A stretch of 64,000 bases of DNA from an uncultured Pseudomonadales bacterium. Lineage in GTDB: Bacteria > Patescibacteriota > Microgenomatia > UBA1400 > PJMF01. A program made the position numbers and the translations under genes. Below the pieces are notes generated by a model, which was not told where the DNA came from, made no database searches, and saw nothing but the letters and a program-made list of their open reading frames with translations. The stretch's first letter is position 1; every line of letters begins with the position of its first letter. Shown one piece after another: positions 46,524-55,186 of this stretch. The stretch is from positions 45,082 to 109,081 of the forward strand of contig CAYWDM010000001.1 of NCBI GenBank assembly GCA_964457085.1. The letters are read 5' to 3'.

Positions 46524-48542
46524 ACGATTAACCGTGTCGTCTATTGCTAATAAAATAACTAAAATTAAAAGTGACGCAATTGATTTAATCAAGTCTTCCA
46601 TGGAAAATCTAAAGTCACGGAAAATTGGCAGAAACATACTTAAATCTGAAAAAAGTGTGCCTGAATTTACAAAGAATAAGTTTTTGAATGATCCAACATA
46701 TAATGGTTGCATTACTGTCTCAAGAACTATAGAACCGTAAAGTTGATAAGCTGAGATTGTGGCAAGGAAAACAAATACATATTTATTCAATGTTTTTTCA
46801 AGATATGGTATTAGTAAAATAAACACAAAAGGCATTACTGCGATAAATTGTCTCAGAGGTTGGGAGCCTCCACCGAATGATCCGAGATATGCATGTGGAG
46901 CTAAATGAAGAAGAATCATCAATATCGAGATTGAAAAAATATCAATTTTTTTATTTATGAGACTTATGCTCCCTTTTATAATTTTTCTAAATGACTTGGC
47001 AGCAAAAATTGAATATGGCATCCACAAAAATATACCTACCCTCGAATCAATGAAGTTGCCAACAAAATTCCGTAAAAACGGAAATGGTGAGATACCTCTA
47101 TAATTAACTTGATTTGAATAAAAACTCTTCAGAGATATTGATCCAAAAAGTAAGTAATTTACTAAGAAAAAAGATAAAATTAACAATAAATATGGTGCAA
47201 CCAATAAATCAACACCAAATCTATTTTTTTTGAAATCTATATTTATCCAAAAGTAAACCGATGCCAAAAATATTGATGTCAGCAAATATTTAACACCGAG
47301 CAAAGGTAGTAGACCTAGAAATATAATTGAAATTATTTTGTAAATTGGCATATTCAAACGAAAAGAAACAAGTGAAAACATAAAGACAGTGGATGCAATT
47401 ATTTCTGGATAAATAGCTGTAATAAAGAATAGCTCAGGAGAAAGGATGGTGAAAATACCTATTAACAATAAGGGGGACTTAAATCCTGGAAAATATATTT
47501 TAACAACTTTAAAAAATAAATACGTTTGAATAATAAAAATGACACTCATTAATATATACCCAGACTGTTGTACAGTTAAATAGTTTGAAAAGATAAATCT
47601 AGATGGAATCAAAATAAAACTCATTAAATATCCATGAGCACTATATAATTTTCCATCTTTCGGTGAAAAATATGCATGCGTTTCTGCCCCATTTATATTT
47701 GGTATTTGATTGACAAGGTTTCCTTGATAGAGACTTGTCATATCTATTGTTCTATTTTCAACTTGGTTAAGCATATTTAGAAGATAATGTGGTTCATCTC
47801 CTATTGCATCAAATCGATGAGAATAAATTGCTAGCAACACTGTTAAAATAATAAGTGCTAAGAATTTCACTAGGTTATGAATTTTTGACCTATCTAAGAA
47901 TTTAAAAAATGAAAAAGTAAGTAAAACAACAAACACAGATAAAATAACCAACTTTACTGAAATAAAATCATCTAGAGCGAAGCCATTATTTGAAATTAAT
48001 TCTAACTCCATTCCTCGTACCGTAATTCCTTTTCTTAATCCCACAAGTGAAAACTCTACATTAGACTCATCATAATGATTGTTAAACTCAAACTTGTTTT
48101 CGACATTACCGCCCCAAATAAAAAAAATGTGTTCATATATTTTTTTTTTGGCTTTATTAGCCAAAACATTTACGCCCAGCAATGGTGTCCCATTGTTTTC
48201 TCTAGTATCTAACTCATAGTCCACAGTCAAGCGATATTTTCCCCTTGCCAATTTCATATATGGACCATGACTGATAAGACCAGGTGCAGTGCTTGTTATT
48301 TTTAGATTTTGCGAGTCATCTCTTGTAAAATCAACCAATTCTTGATTCGCCCATAATCCCAGTGGTCCCTCATAATAAAAGTTGGAAACTTTATCAGGCA
48401 TTATTTTTTTTTGAAAAAGAAACAAAAAAAATCCAACTAACGCGACAAAAGAAAACAAGAATGATATTCTAAATACATAAAACAAAAACTTTTGATTGGA
48501 TCTAAGTTTTAACATTCTTTGTACCTTTAATAATGAGATCAT
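46479..48542 (-). CDS. large polytopic membrane protein of unknown function (N-terminal TM, an extracytoplasmic domain of about 130 aa, then more than 10 TM helices)
   Basis: 687 aa. Contains A9 and A10 coding homopolymers (plus-strand T-runs at 48404-48412 and 48140-48149). ATGA-type overlap with the upstream FkbM gene. Confidence 0.5.
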   Translation of the reverse strand: MISLLKVQRMLKLRSNQKFLFYVFRISFLFSFVALVGFFLFLFQKKIMPDKVSNFYYEGPLGLWANQELVDFTRDDSQNLKITSTAPGLISHGPYMKLARGKYRLTVDYELDTRENNGTPLLGVNVLANKAKKKIYEHIFFIWGGNVENKFEFNNHYDESNVEFSLVGLRKGITVRGMELELISNNGFALDDFISVKLVILSVFVVLLTFSFFKFLDRSKIHNLVKFLALIILTVLLAIYSHRFDAIGDEPHYLLNMLNQVENRTIDMTSLYQGNLVNQIPNINGAETHAYFSPKDGKLYSAHGYLMSFILIPSRFIFSNYLTVQQSGYILMSVIFIIQTYLFFKVVKIYFPGFKSPLLLIGIFTILSPELFFITAIYPEIIASTVFMFSLVSFRLNMPIYKIISIIFLGLLPLLGVKYLLTSIFLASVYFWINIDFKKNRFGVDLLVAPYLLLILSFFLVNYLLFGSISLKSFYSNQVNYRGISPFPFLRNFVGNFIDSRVGIFLWMPYSIFAAKSFRKIIKGSISLINKKIDIFSISILMILLHLAPHAYLGSFGGGSQPLRQFIAVMPFVFILLIPYLEKTLNKYVFVFLATISAYQLYGSIVLETVMQPLYVGSFKNLFFVNSGTLFSDLSMFLPIFRDFRFSMEDLIKSIASLLILVILLAIDDTVNRLQSFFQHKNLIKSK

Positions 48543-49561
48543 TTGCTGCTTTTCTCTCCATTGTGTACAAAAATTAAATTTGCGAACGTGGTATATACCA
48601 ATTCATACGGCAACAACTTAAAAAAACTGAGCAGCTTATTCTTTTGACTCTCACTTCCAAATGTCAAATATTCAACTATTATGACCTTTGGGTTTATTTT
48701 TTTAAAGTTTAGTGATTCTAAAACATCAATTTCTGTCCCCTCTGTATCAATACTTAAAATATCAATGGACTCAATACCATTTTCAGTGATAATTTGCTCA
48801 AGTGATTTTACTGTTACAAATAGCTCGCTTTTTTTCTGCTTTCTTAAACGGTCAATTTTAGAGTCCACCAATCTAGACCAGTCAGGAGAAGAATCACTTA
48901 TCTCAAACTTACGCTGACCAGTCACACTAGAAACTGCTGTCTGAAAAACCTTATCTCTAAATTTACTTGCTAGTTTGTAGTTTTCGGGGTTTGGCTCGAA
49001 ACAAATTCCTTTCCAACCCTGTTTTTCAAAGTAATAAGTATTTGAATAAGTAATTCCATCTGCAGCACCCACATCAAGAAAAAAACCTTTTTTTGGTAAT
49101 TTAATATTATTTGAAATCCAGCTATCCTCACCAAATTGAGAGAAAAATATTTTACTTCCCTTACTATGTAGGTTTGATTTGCCATTCAATATGATTAATT
49201 TTTGAATCTCATAAACCGAGTTCATTCTTATTTGCAGATCAGTGAATGACCTTTGGTATTGTCCAAACACTTGTTCAATTTCTTTAAACTTTTGTTCTTG
49301 TAGCTTAATTAAATCTTGATGGTTCAATATGTCATTATTTAGAATGAGAAAGAGAGATTTTACATATTCATTAAAATGAATTTGAGCAGCTGAATATTTG
49401 AATAATTGCTTGTAAATAGCATCTCTCAAAAATCCAAAATTGCGATTTTTTGCTGATGATTTAAAAGTCACAAAATTTTCTTGAATTAGTTTAAGCAAAG
49501 ACCCTTTAGTGTCATACTTTTTTACTTCTGTACTATTGCTGATATTTTTTTTCATGCTCAT
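48539..49561 (-). CDS. FkbM-family methyltransferase
   Basis: GFFLDVGAADGITYSNTYYFEKQGWKGICFEPNPENYKLA is the Methyltransf_21/FkbM core; 340 aa with an N-terminal domain of about 140 aa. Confidence 0.75.
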   Translation of the reverse strand: MSMKKNISNSTEVKKYDTKGSLLKLIQENFVTFKSSAKNRNFGFLRDAIYKQLFKYSAAQIHFNEYVKSLFLILNNDILNHQDLIKLQEQKFKEIEQVFGQYQRSFTDLQIRMNSVYEIQKLIILNGKSNLHSKGSKIFFSQFGEDSWISNNIKLPKKGFFLDVGAADGITYSNTYYFEKQGWKGICFEPNPENYKLASKFRDKVFQTAVSSVTGQRKFEISDSSPDWSRLVDSKIDRLRKQKKSELFVTVKSLEQIITENGIESIDILSIDTEGTEIDVLESLNFKKINPKVIIVEYLTFGSESQKNKLLSFFKLLPYELVYTTFANLIFVHNGEKSSK

Positions 49562-49585
49562 ATTTAATTTTGTAACAAATAAATA

Positions 49586-50572
49586 CTATTTCTTTTCTAC
49601 CATCCCCACACCCCAACCGACTAATCCAATCAATATTCTAAACACTCCCAGTAGAGACGTCAGGGCCACGATGGCACTGCCTGATTCGCCCAGCTGCGAG
49701 TAAAAGTACATGAATCCTGCCTCAGTGGCCCCAAAACCCGCAAATGAGATTGGAAGTGTGGTTACTGCACTCACCACCGGCTGAATCACAAAAAACTGCC
49801 ACCAGCTAGTCTGGAAACCTACCGCCACCGCCAACACATATATTAAAACCAACCATAACAGCTGCATCACCAAACCCAGTCCAAAAGCCTCCATAAAAGC
49901 CCGTTTATGGGTTTCTAAGTAACTCTCGATTCTGAGTAACTGAGAGACTCGATTAATCAACGGAAAATGACTTAACTGTAATGGGGAATAGACAAAGCCA
50001 AATAGACCGGCGACTCCAGCAAATAAACCTACAAATAACCACATCACACTCGTGGGTATGCTGGCCACTCCCCACAACTGTACTGCCAAAACTCCTAAAA
50101 ACCCAATCACCACTAATCCAAACAAACCCATCAGTCGATCAAGCAGCATCGTGAATACCAATTTTGATTTGGAGAGTCCTAAACTAGTCAATGCTGTCCA
50201 CTTCACCAGGTCACCACCCATGCTACTGGGCATAAATAGGTTGTAAAACAATCCCAACATCGTGGCTCTAAAAAATGCTCCAATTTGTTGCCCGGATGGC
50301 GATGGCACAGTTAATAACGCCCAGCGAATTGCTGCCAGATAAGCAAGCAACAGCTCACCAACCATAAAAATCGCCAACGCCCACCAACTAGTCTGTAGTA
50401 ACCGTGACCATAACTCAGCCGGATCTACTTGGCGAAACACCACATAGAGCAAAGCTATAGTCAATCCAATTCGCCAACTATAGCTGAGAAAAACAGAGCC
50501 AAAATTTTTTGCTCTACCACTAGCACCATTCGTATCTAATTCGGAAACTTTCTTAACAGGCATGACAGCCAT
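49586..50572 (-). CDS. flippase-like/UPF0104 (LPG-synthase-TM-type) membrane protein
   Basis: 8 TM helices with a conserved MGGDLVKW-type block; this family is commonly paired with GT2 enzymes. GC-richer than the block to its left. Confidence 0.55.
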   Translation of the reverse strand: MAVMPVKKVSELDTNGASGRAKNFGSVFLSYSWRIGLTIALLYVVFRQVDPAELWSRLLQTSWWALAIFMVGELLLAYLAAIRWALLTVPSPSGQQIGAFFRATMLGLFYNLFMPSSMGGDLVKWTALTSLGLSKSKLVFTMLLDRLMGLFGLVVIGFLGVLAVQLWGVASIPTSVMWLFVGLFAGVAGLFGFVYSPLQLSHFPLINRVSQLLRIESYLETHKRAFMEAFGLGLVMQLLWLVLIYVLAVAVGFQTSWWQFFVIQPVVSAVTTLPISFAGFGATEAGFMYFYSQLGESGSAIVALTSLLGVFRILIGLVGWGVGMVEKK

Positions 50573-50716
50573 TATAGCCTAGTGAGTGGAAAAAAATGAA
50601 GTGTGGCTAGACTACCTATGGGGTATGAGACAGTAGATAAATACTCCTTTGATCACAAACTTCAATGACAGCTCAATAATTCTGAGCTACAATGATCTAA
50701 TAATTACTCATCAAAA

Positions 50717-51121
50717 ATGAAACAACCCACTAAACCAACCCAAACCCACAGCAAAATCAAAGTTGTTGCCAAACCAGTCGAAGCCAAGCCTGCTCACCCC
50801 AACTTCAGCACTCCCTTCAATGAATATTTTCATTTACTCGATGCAGTTGATGGCAAACAACGCTACAACGACGAATTTGGTTCAATCCTCATTCTTGCAT
50901 TGGTTGAAGAAGTAGGAGAAATGGCTCGTGCCTACCTGGCCAAACATGGTCGCAAGAAACACAATCTAGCAGCCCAAAATGATGAATCATACAAACAAGA
51001 GCTCGGTGACTTATTAGTTACAATCCTACGCATTGCTCGTATCAAAAAAATCAATCTAGATGAGCGAATTCGCTACACCATTGAAAAGGTCAAAGAACGC
51101 AAGTTGAAACCAAAAGAGTGA
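50717..51121 (+). CDS. MazG-like nucleotide pyrophosphohydrolase domain protein
   Basis: EEVGEMARAY and ELGDLLVTILRIARI blocks, typical of the small all-helical MazG/NTP-PPase family. Confidence 0.5.
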   Translation: MKQPTKPTQTHSKIKVVAKPVEAKPAHPNFSTPFNEYFHLLDAVDGKQRYNDEFGSILILALVEEVGEMARAYLAKHGRKKHNLAAQNDESYKQELGDLLVTILRIARIKKINLDERIRYTIEKVKERKLKPKE

Positions 51122-51124
51122 CGA

Positions 51125-51553
51125 TTAACTCAAGAATTTTTTAATGTCTGCTTGATCGAGAAGCCCTGTTGAGTCGCAAGTTGCCATCAATGCTCTACTT
51201 GGTTGCTGCTTAAATCCAACATAAGTCACTGTAATTATTTGTTTTTTTACTTGTCTAATTGCAGGCAATAAATCTGTGTCTGACGAAATGAGAAACGCTC
51301 TTGAAAATGATTTCTCATATCCTGCCACAACCAGATCTACAGCCATCTGTACATCAACACCTTTTTCGTGAAACACCCCGTTGTTTTTGAGCAAATATCC
51401 CAAATGATAAGTCACGCCGCAATCTTTTAAATGCTGAAGCAATTTGCGTTGTCCGTTAAATAATCTTTGAGACTTTACATCAGTACTATTCTTAATTGCT
51501 CCGATGTAAAAATGACACTCGAAACTTGATTCTTTATCAACTAAGCTCTTCAT
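51125..51553 (-). CDS. NYN/LabA-like domain protein
   Basis: GVDVQMAVDLVV ... LISSDTDLLPAI acidic blocks characteristic of the NYN (LabA/YacP-like) nuclease fold. Confidence 0.5.
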   Translation of the reverse strand: MKSLVDKESSFECHFYIGAIKNSTDVKSQRLFNGQRKLLQHLKDCGVTYHLGYLLKNNGVFHEKGVDVQMAVDLVVAGYEKSFSRAFLISSDTDLLPAIRQVKKQIITVTYVGFKQQPSRALMATCDSTGLLDQADIKKFLS

Positions 51554-51580
51554 ATGCTAGTGCTAATAAAATAAAAAAAC

Positions 51581-51620
51581 CTGCGAAGACTTTGCAGTGT
51601 CGCAGGCGAGTTTAGTACTT
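51581..51620 (-). terminator. rho-independent terminator for the minus-strand gene ending at 51707
   Basis: Read on the minus strand: GC-rich inverted repeat CCTGCGA / TCGCAGG with a 13-nt loop, followed by a T7 tract (plus-strand A-run 51581-51587). Confidence 0.55.
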
Positions 51621-51706
51621 GTAGTCTAGCAAATCTCTCTGAAAACTCAAGTATCATGCACTAAGTTTAGCCACCTAGTCCAACATATTTCTGACAAATC
51701 ACCCAA

Positions 51707-53146
51707 TTACTGTTTCCTCAAAATTCTGACGTTTAGTTTCGGATTGCACTCAATTTTCTGAAGCTCTGTACTTGAACCAAACTGTGTTAATTCATTGTAT
51801 GCGGTCTTGCCGTGTTCATAGACTGAATCCTCCACAAATACCGCCATCAGCTGAGCCTCGTTAATTTGAGTGTCGAGTTTCTTGACAATACAGCCCGCTT
51901 GCTTGAGCAAATACTGGAACTCAATGCCGTTATGATAGGGATAAAAGTTTGCCTGAACACTTACGAAAAGTGGCTCCTTCACCGCTGCACAAACCATCTG
52001 TGCACAGCTCACACTTTGTTCAATCGAGCGTGGAGCTGCAATCAGATACTGCTGTAGTTGTTTTGGTTGTAACCAGATGAATAACCAACACCCAACTAGT
52101 AAAAAACGCCATCGACCCTGCAACCAAACGACTGACAGTGTTGCAGCAACTAACAATGGAAAAACATAGTGTGCTTGAATTTGTACCGGAAGAAATAAGT
52201 AGGCAAGAGTAGTAGTTAAAAACCAAACCAGCAGCAGTATGCCCTCACTATTTTTTGGTGAGCGAAGCGATTTGAGAGCCAACCCAACTGTCACCACCAC
52301 ACTTACCAGTAATAGCCAATTCTGCCAATTACTTCCTCCAGCCAATACAAACCGTTCGATCGCTGCAACTTTGGTTGGTAAATCGGTACCCTGTTGTACC
52401 AGCTTCTCCTGAAACAACATCATCTTTGTGAGTGGAAATTGATGTCGTAGTTCAAAAAACACCATGGGAGCAAAAGTTACACCTAACCCAACTCCCAAAC
52501 CCAGCCACCAACGCCACCAACCTACTTGTCGCCAACTCAAAATCACCAACCACAGCAGCACCGCTGGTGCCGCCGAATATGAGAATCCAATTGCCAATGC
52601 CAGAGCCAGACCTGAAATGGCAATCATCGCCCAACTTTGTATCGGTTTTTTTACCTGAGAAGTTGCCCTCCAAACCAGACTCACCACAATTCCGACCACT
52701 AGAAACAAGGCTACGAATGATGGATTCCAAACCAAACGCTGTTGCAACACCATTTGCGGTTGTACTGCTAGCACCAAGCCAGCTAGCCAAACTCGCCACC
52801 AATACTCCGGCTTTCGCTTTGCCAGCCACCACAGTAAGCCACCAAAAATCAATACATGGATGACGATTGAGCTATACATAGAACTCAGCGGATCTGCATT
52901 TGTCAGCAAGTATCCGGGGAGCAACAAATAAAAATACCAAGCACTCTGATTAAATGGCAAGGCACTCGTTTGTGGACCAAGTAATGGCGGTTTTCCAGTC
53001 TCCAGCCATTCTTGCAGCACGTAGTAGTCTCGACCCAGATCCCCAAAGAAAAACAAGCTTTCTCGAGCCTGAAATAAACGTAGGTCAACGAATAAAAACA
53101 GCAATCCGATAACTGCCACCCATTGCTGCCAAGTGTATTTCTGCAT
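51707..53146 (-). CDS. polytopic membrane protein of unknown function (paralog of 6817..8370)
   Basis: Shared FFFGDLGRD ... GPQTSALP ... WYFYLLLPGYLL blocks; 479 aa with more than 10 TM helices. Starts 2 nt after the UXS-like gene stop. Confidence 0.45.
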   Translation of the reverse strand: MQKYTWQQWVAVIGLLFLFVDLRLFQARESLFFFGDLGRDYYVLQEWLETGKPPLLGPQTSALPFNQSAWYFYLLLPGYLLTNADPLSSMYSSIVIHVLIFGGLLWWLAKRKPEYWWRVWLAGLVLAVQPQMVLQQRLVWNPSFVALFLVVGIVVSLVWRATSQVKKPIQSWAMIAISGLALALAIGFSYSAAPAVLLWLVILSWRQVGWWRWWLGLGVGLGVTFAPMVFFELRHQFPLTKMMLFQEKLVQQGTDLPTKVAAIERFVLAGGSNWQNWLLLVSVVVTVGLALKSLRSPKNSEGILLLVWFLTTTLAYLFLPVQIQAHYVFPLLVAATLSVVWLQGRWRFLLVGCWLFIWLQPKQLQQYLIAAPRSIEQSVSCAQMVCAAVKEPLFVSVQANFYPYHNGIEFQYLLKQAGCIVKKLDTQINEAQLMAVFVEDSVYEHGKTAYNELTQFGSSTELQKIECNPKLNVRILRKQ

Positions 53147-53147
53147 C

Positions 53148-54179
53148 TCAAATTACTTGTCGAAAATAGGCGATGGTTTTTTCTAGTCCTGCAGCAAAAT
53201 CGACTTTAGGTTCAAAACCAAGAACTGATTGGGCTTTATCGATATTTGGACGTCGTTTAGTTGGATCATCGGCTGGTAATGGCAAATACTGGTATTTCTC
53301 TGCCTGTGCTGGCTTTCCAGATACCGCGGCCTCGATTATTTTTGCTGTTTCCAGAGCTGTGAACTCACCTGGATTACCTAAATTAATTGTTTCACCTGAG
53401 AGACGACCACCTGCAGCTAACGCAAGGATTCCTTCCACCAAGTCACTGACATAACAATATGATCTGGTTTGTTGACCATCACCATAAATAGTTAATGGTT
53501 CACCCTGTAATGCTTGCTTAATAAAGTTGGGAATAATGCGGCCATCATTGAGGTCCATCCGTGGACCATAGGTATTAAAAATACGCACGATTCTAACGTC
53601 CATCCCAAAATCTCGCTGATGCACCCCACAAATTGTCTCACCAAGTCGCTTCGACTCATCATAACAAGAACGTTTGCCATTTGGATTGACATTACCCCAA
53701 TAACTTTCAAGCTGTGGATGCACTAATGGGTCACCGTAGACTTCTGAAGTACTGGCAAACAAAAAGCGTGCTGGGGACCGCATTTCTTTGAGCCATTCCA
53801 ACAACCGATGTGTGGCCATACTATTAACCATATAGGTCTCTACTGGATGAGCTTGGTACCCGGGAGGGGAAGCCGGGGAAGCAAAATGCAAGACCACATC
53901 AAGCTGTTGCTCACCAGTAATCACTGCTGCTGGTAAATAACTTTTTGGATCTTGCGTAACGTCAGCCTCAATAAAAGTCCATGACTCACTCGATAGCTGC
54001 ATCTCTTTGGCGATTTGATTTAGCTCCGTGATGTTGCGTCGTTGACCAGAAATAAAATTATCCACCCCGATCACAGCTGCACCCAAATCCCAGAGAGTTT
54101 CAACTAGATGCGAGCCAATAAAACCAGCGGCTCCGGTAACCAAAACTAGCTTGCCTGCAAAAAAGGATAAATCAGTCAT
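53148..54179 (-). CDS. UDP-glucuronate decarboxylase-like SDR (UXS/ArnA-C-terminal family)
   Basis: VLVTGAAGFIGSHLVE Rossmann motif, YDESKRLGE catalytic YxxxK, and the UXS-type block RIVRIFNTYGPRM ... DGRIIPNFIKQALQGEPLTIYGDGQQTRSYCYVSDLVEG. Confidence 0.8.
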   Translation of the reverse strand: MTDLSFFAGKLVLVTGAAGFIGSHLVETLWDLGAAVIGVDNFISGQRRNITELNQIAKEMQLSSESWTFIEADVTQDPKSYLPAAVITGEQQLDVVLHFASPASPPGYQAHPVETYMVNSMATHRLLEWLKEMRSPARFLFASTSEVYGDPLVHPQLESYWGNVNPNGKRSCYDESKRLGETICGVHQRDFGMDVRIVRIFNTYGPRMDLNDGRIIPNFIKQALQGEPLTIYGDGQQTRSYCYVSDLVEGILALAAGGRLSGETINLGNPGEFTALETAKIIEAAVSGKPAQAEKYQYLPLPADDPTKRRPNIDKAQSVLGFEPKVDFAAGLEKTIAYFRQVI

Positions 54180-54207
54180 AGCATGATTCTATCGCATCAC
54201 TAGTTGT

Positions 54208-55137
54208 TTGGATATTCTCTCAGTGTGTTTTTTGGAGCTATACTTATTTATACTGATTTTGCAATTTGTGTGTATGCAAAAAATTGATTTCTCAAAATAT
54301 TTCATATTCCTTGCATTTGTCCAGTTACTATTACTGGGCTGGATGGGTTGGAGATTTAAGTTCACTGGCCGACTATTAGCTAGTGCCCAGCAAGAACTAC
54401 AACGTACTCGCGAAGATAATCAACGGTTGCTGTCGGCAGCAGAATTAACCAGGCTTACTAGTTCTAATCAAGTAGCTTTTAATAACAACAAGTTTCTGCT
54501 CGATGAATTCGGAGCACTCCGCTGTGTGGATAAGGTCGATCAGCGATATGTAACCGAAAGTTTTGCCTACGGCTGGGCCACCAAACGCTCTAACACTGAT
54601 TGGGAGCTCAATTGTGGTATCTCTAATGAATTTAACACCCAGCGAATAACTACATTAAACGCTCAAGTGTCTTTTGCATGTTCTATCGCTCTAAATCAAC
54701 ACTGTGGAGGCATGAGACAAAACACTAATACATCACTCTGCAAACAGATCTCGACCAAAATAGGACAATTTGTGAGTGATTCTGCCATGGTTACACCACT
54801 GCAACTATACGTTGGCACTGTTTCTTCGGAAGAAGTTGCCCAAACCAGAACAGCCGAGAACGTAATGAACTCACCTTTCATGCATCAAATTACCGTCGAA
54901 CAACAACATGAATCGTCACTATTTTCAGTCGTTTTTTATTCACCTCAAAAAACTCTAGTCGCTAGTGATGATATGTACAGTGAACCACTCAGTTCTCATC
55001 GTCGATACACCCTTGAATTCACTACTTATGAACCAAAAACCATTGAACAGATCAAACCATTTGTGGCCAAAGTGTTGAGCAATTTTACTTTCTTGCCAGC
55101 TGTGCCCCAAAGTTGTGGCACGTATTACGGATACTAG
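54208..55137 (+). CDS. hypothetical membrane-anchored or secreted protein
   Basis: N-terminal hydrophobic segment, then a Cys-containing soluble region. No recognised motif. Confidence 0.3.
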   Translation: MDILSVCFLELYLFILILQFVCMQKIDFSKYFIFLAFVQLLLLGWMGWRFKFTGRLLASAQQELQRTREDNQRLLSAAELTRLTSSNQVAFNNNKFLLDEFGALRCVDKVDQRYVTESFAYGWATKRSNTDWELNCGISNEFNTQRITTLNAQVSFACSIALNQHCGGMRQNTNTSLCKQISTKIGQFVSDSAMVTPLQLYVGTVSSEEVAQTRTAENVMNSPFMHQITVEQQHESSLFSVVFYSPQKTLVASDDMYSEPLSSHRRYTLEFTTYEPKTIEQIKPFVAKVLSNFTFLPAVPQSCGTYYGY

Positions 55138-55186
55138 ACCTCGACTCTGACTGGCATTCTTACCTCCGAGCCAGCATAATAGTGTT

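Larger units (their letters stand above)
32373..49575. other. visibly AT-richer block of about 17 kb: candidate horizontally acquired or recombined glycan-biosynthesis cassette
   Basis: Abrupt compositional shift at both edges (eyeball estimate low-30s % GC inside versus low-to-mid 40s outside), with Lys/Asn/Ile-rich codon usage inside. The left edge coincides with the wzt remnant; the right edge falls in a 24-bp gap before the GC-richer flippase-like gene. Confidence 0.55.
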
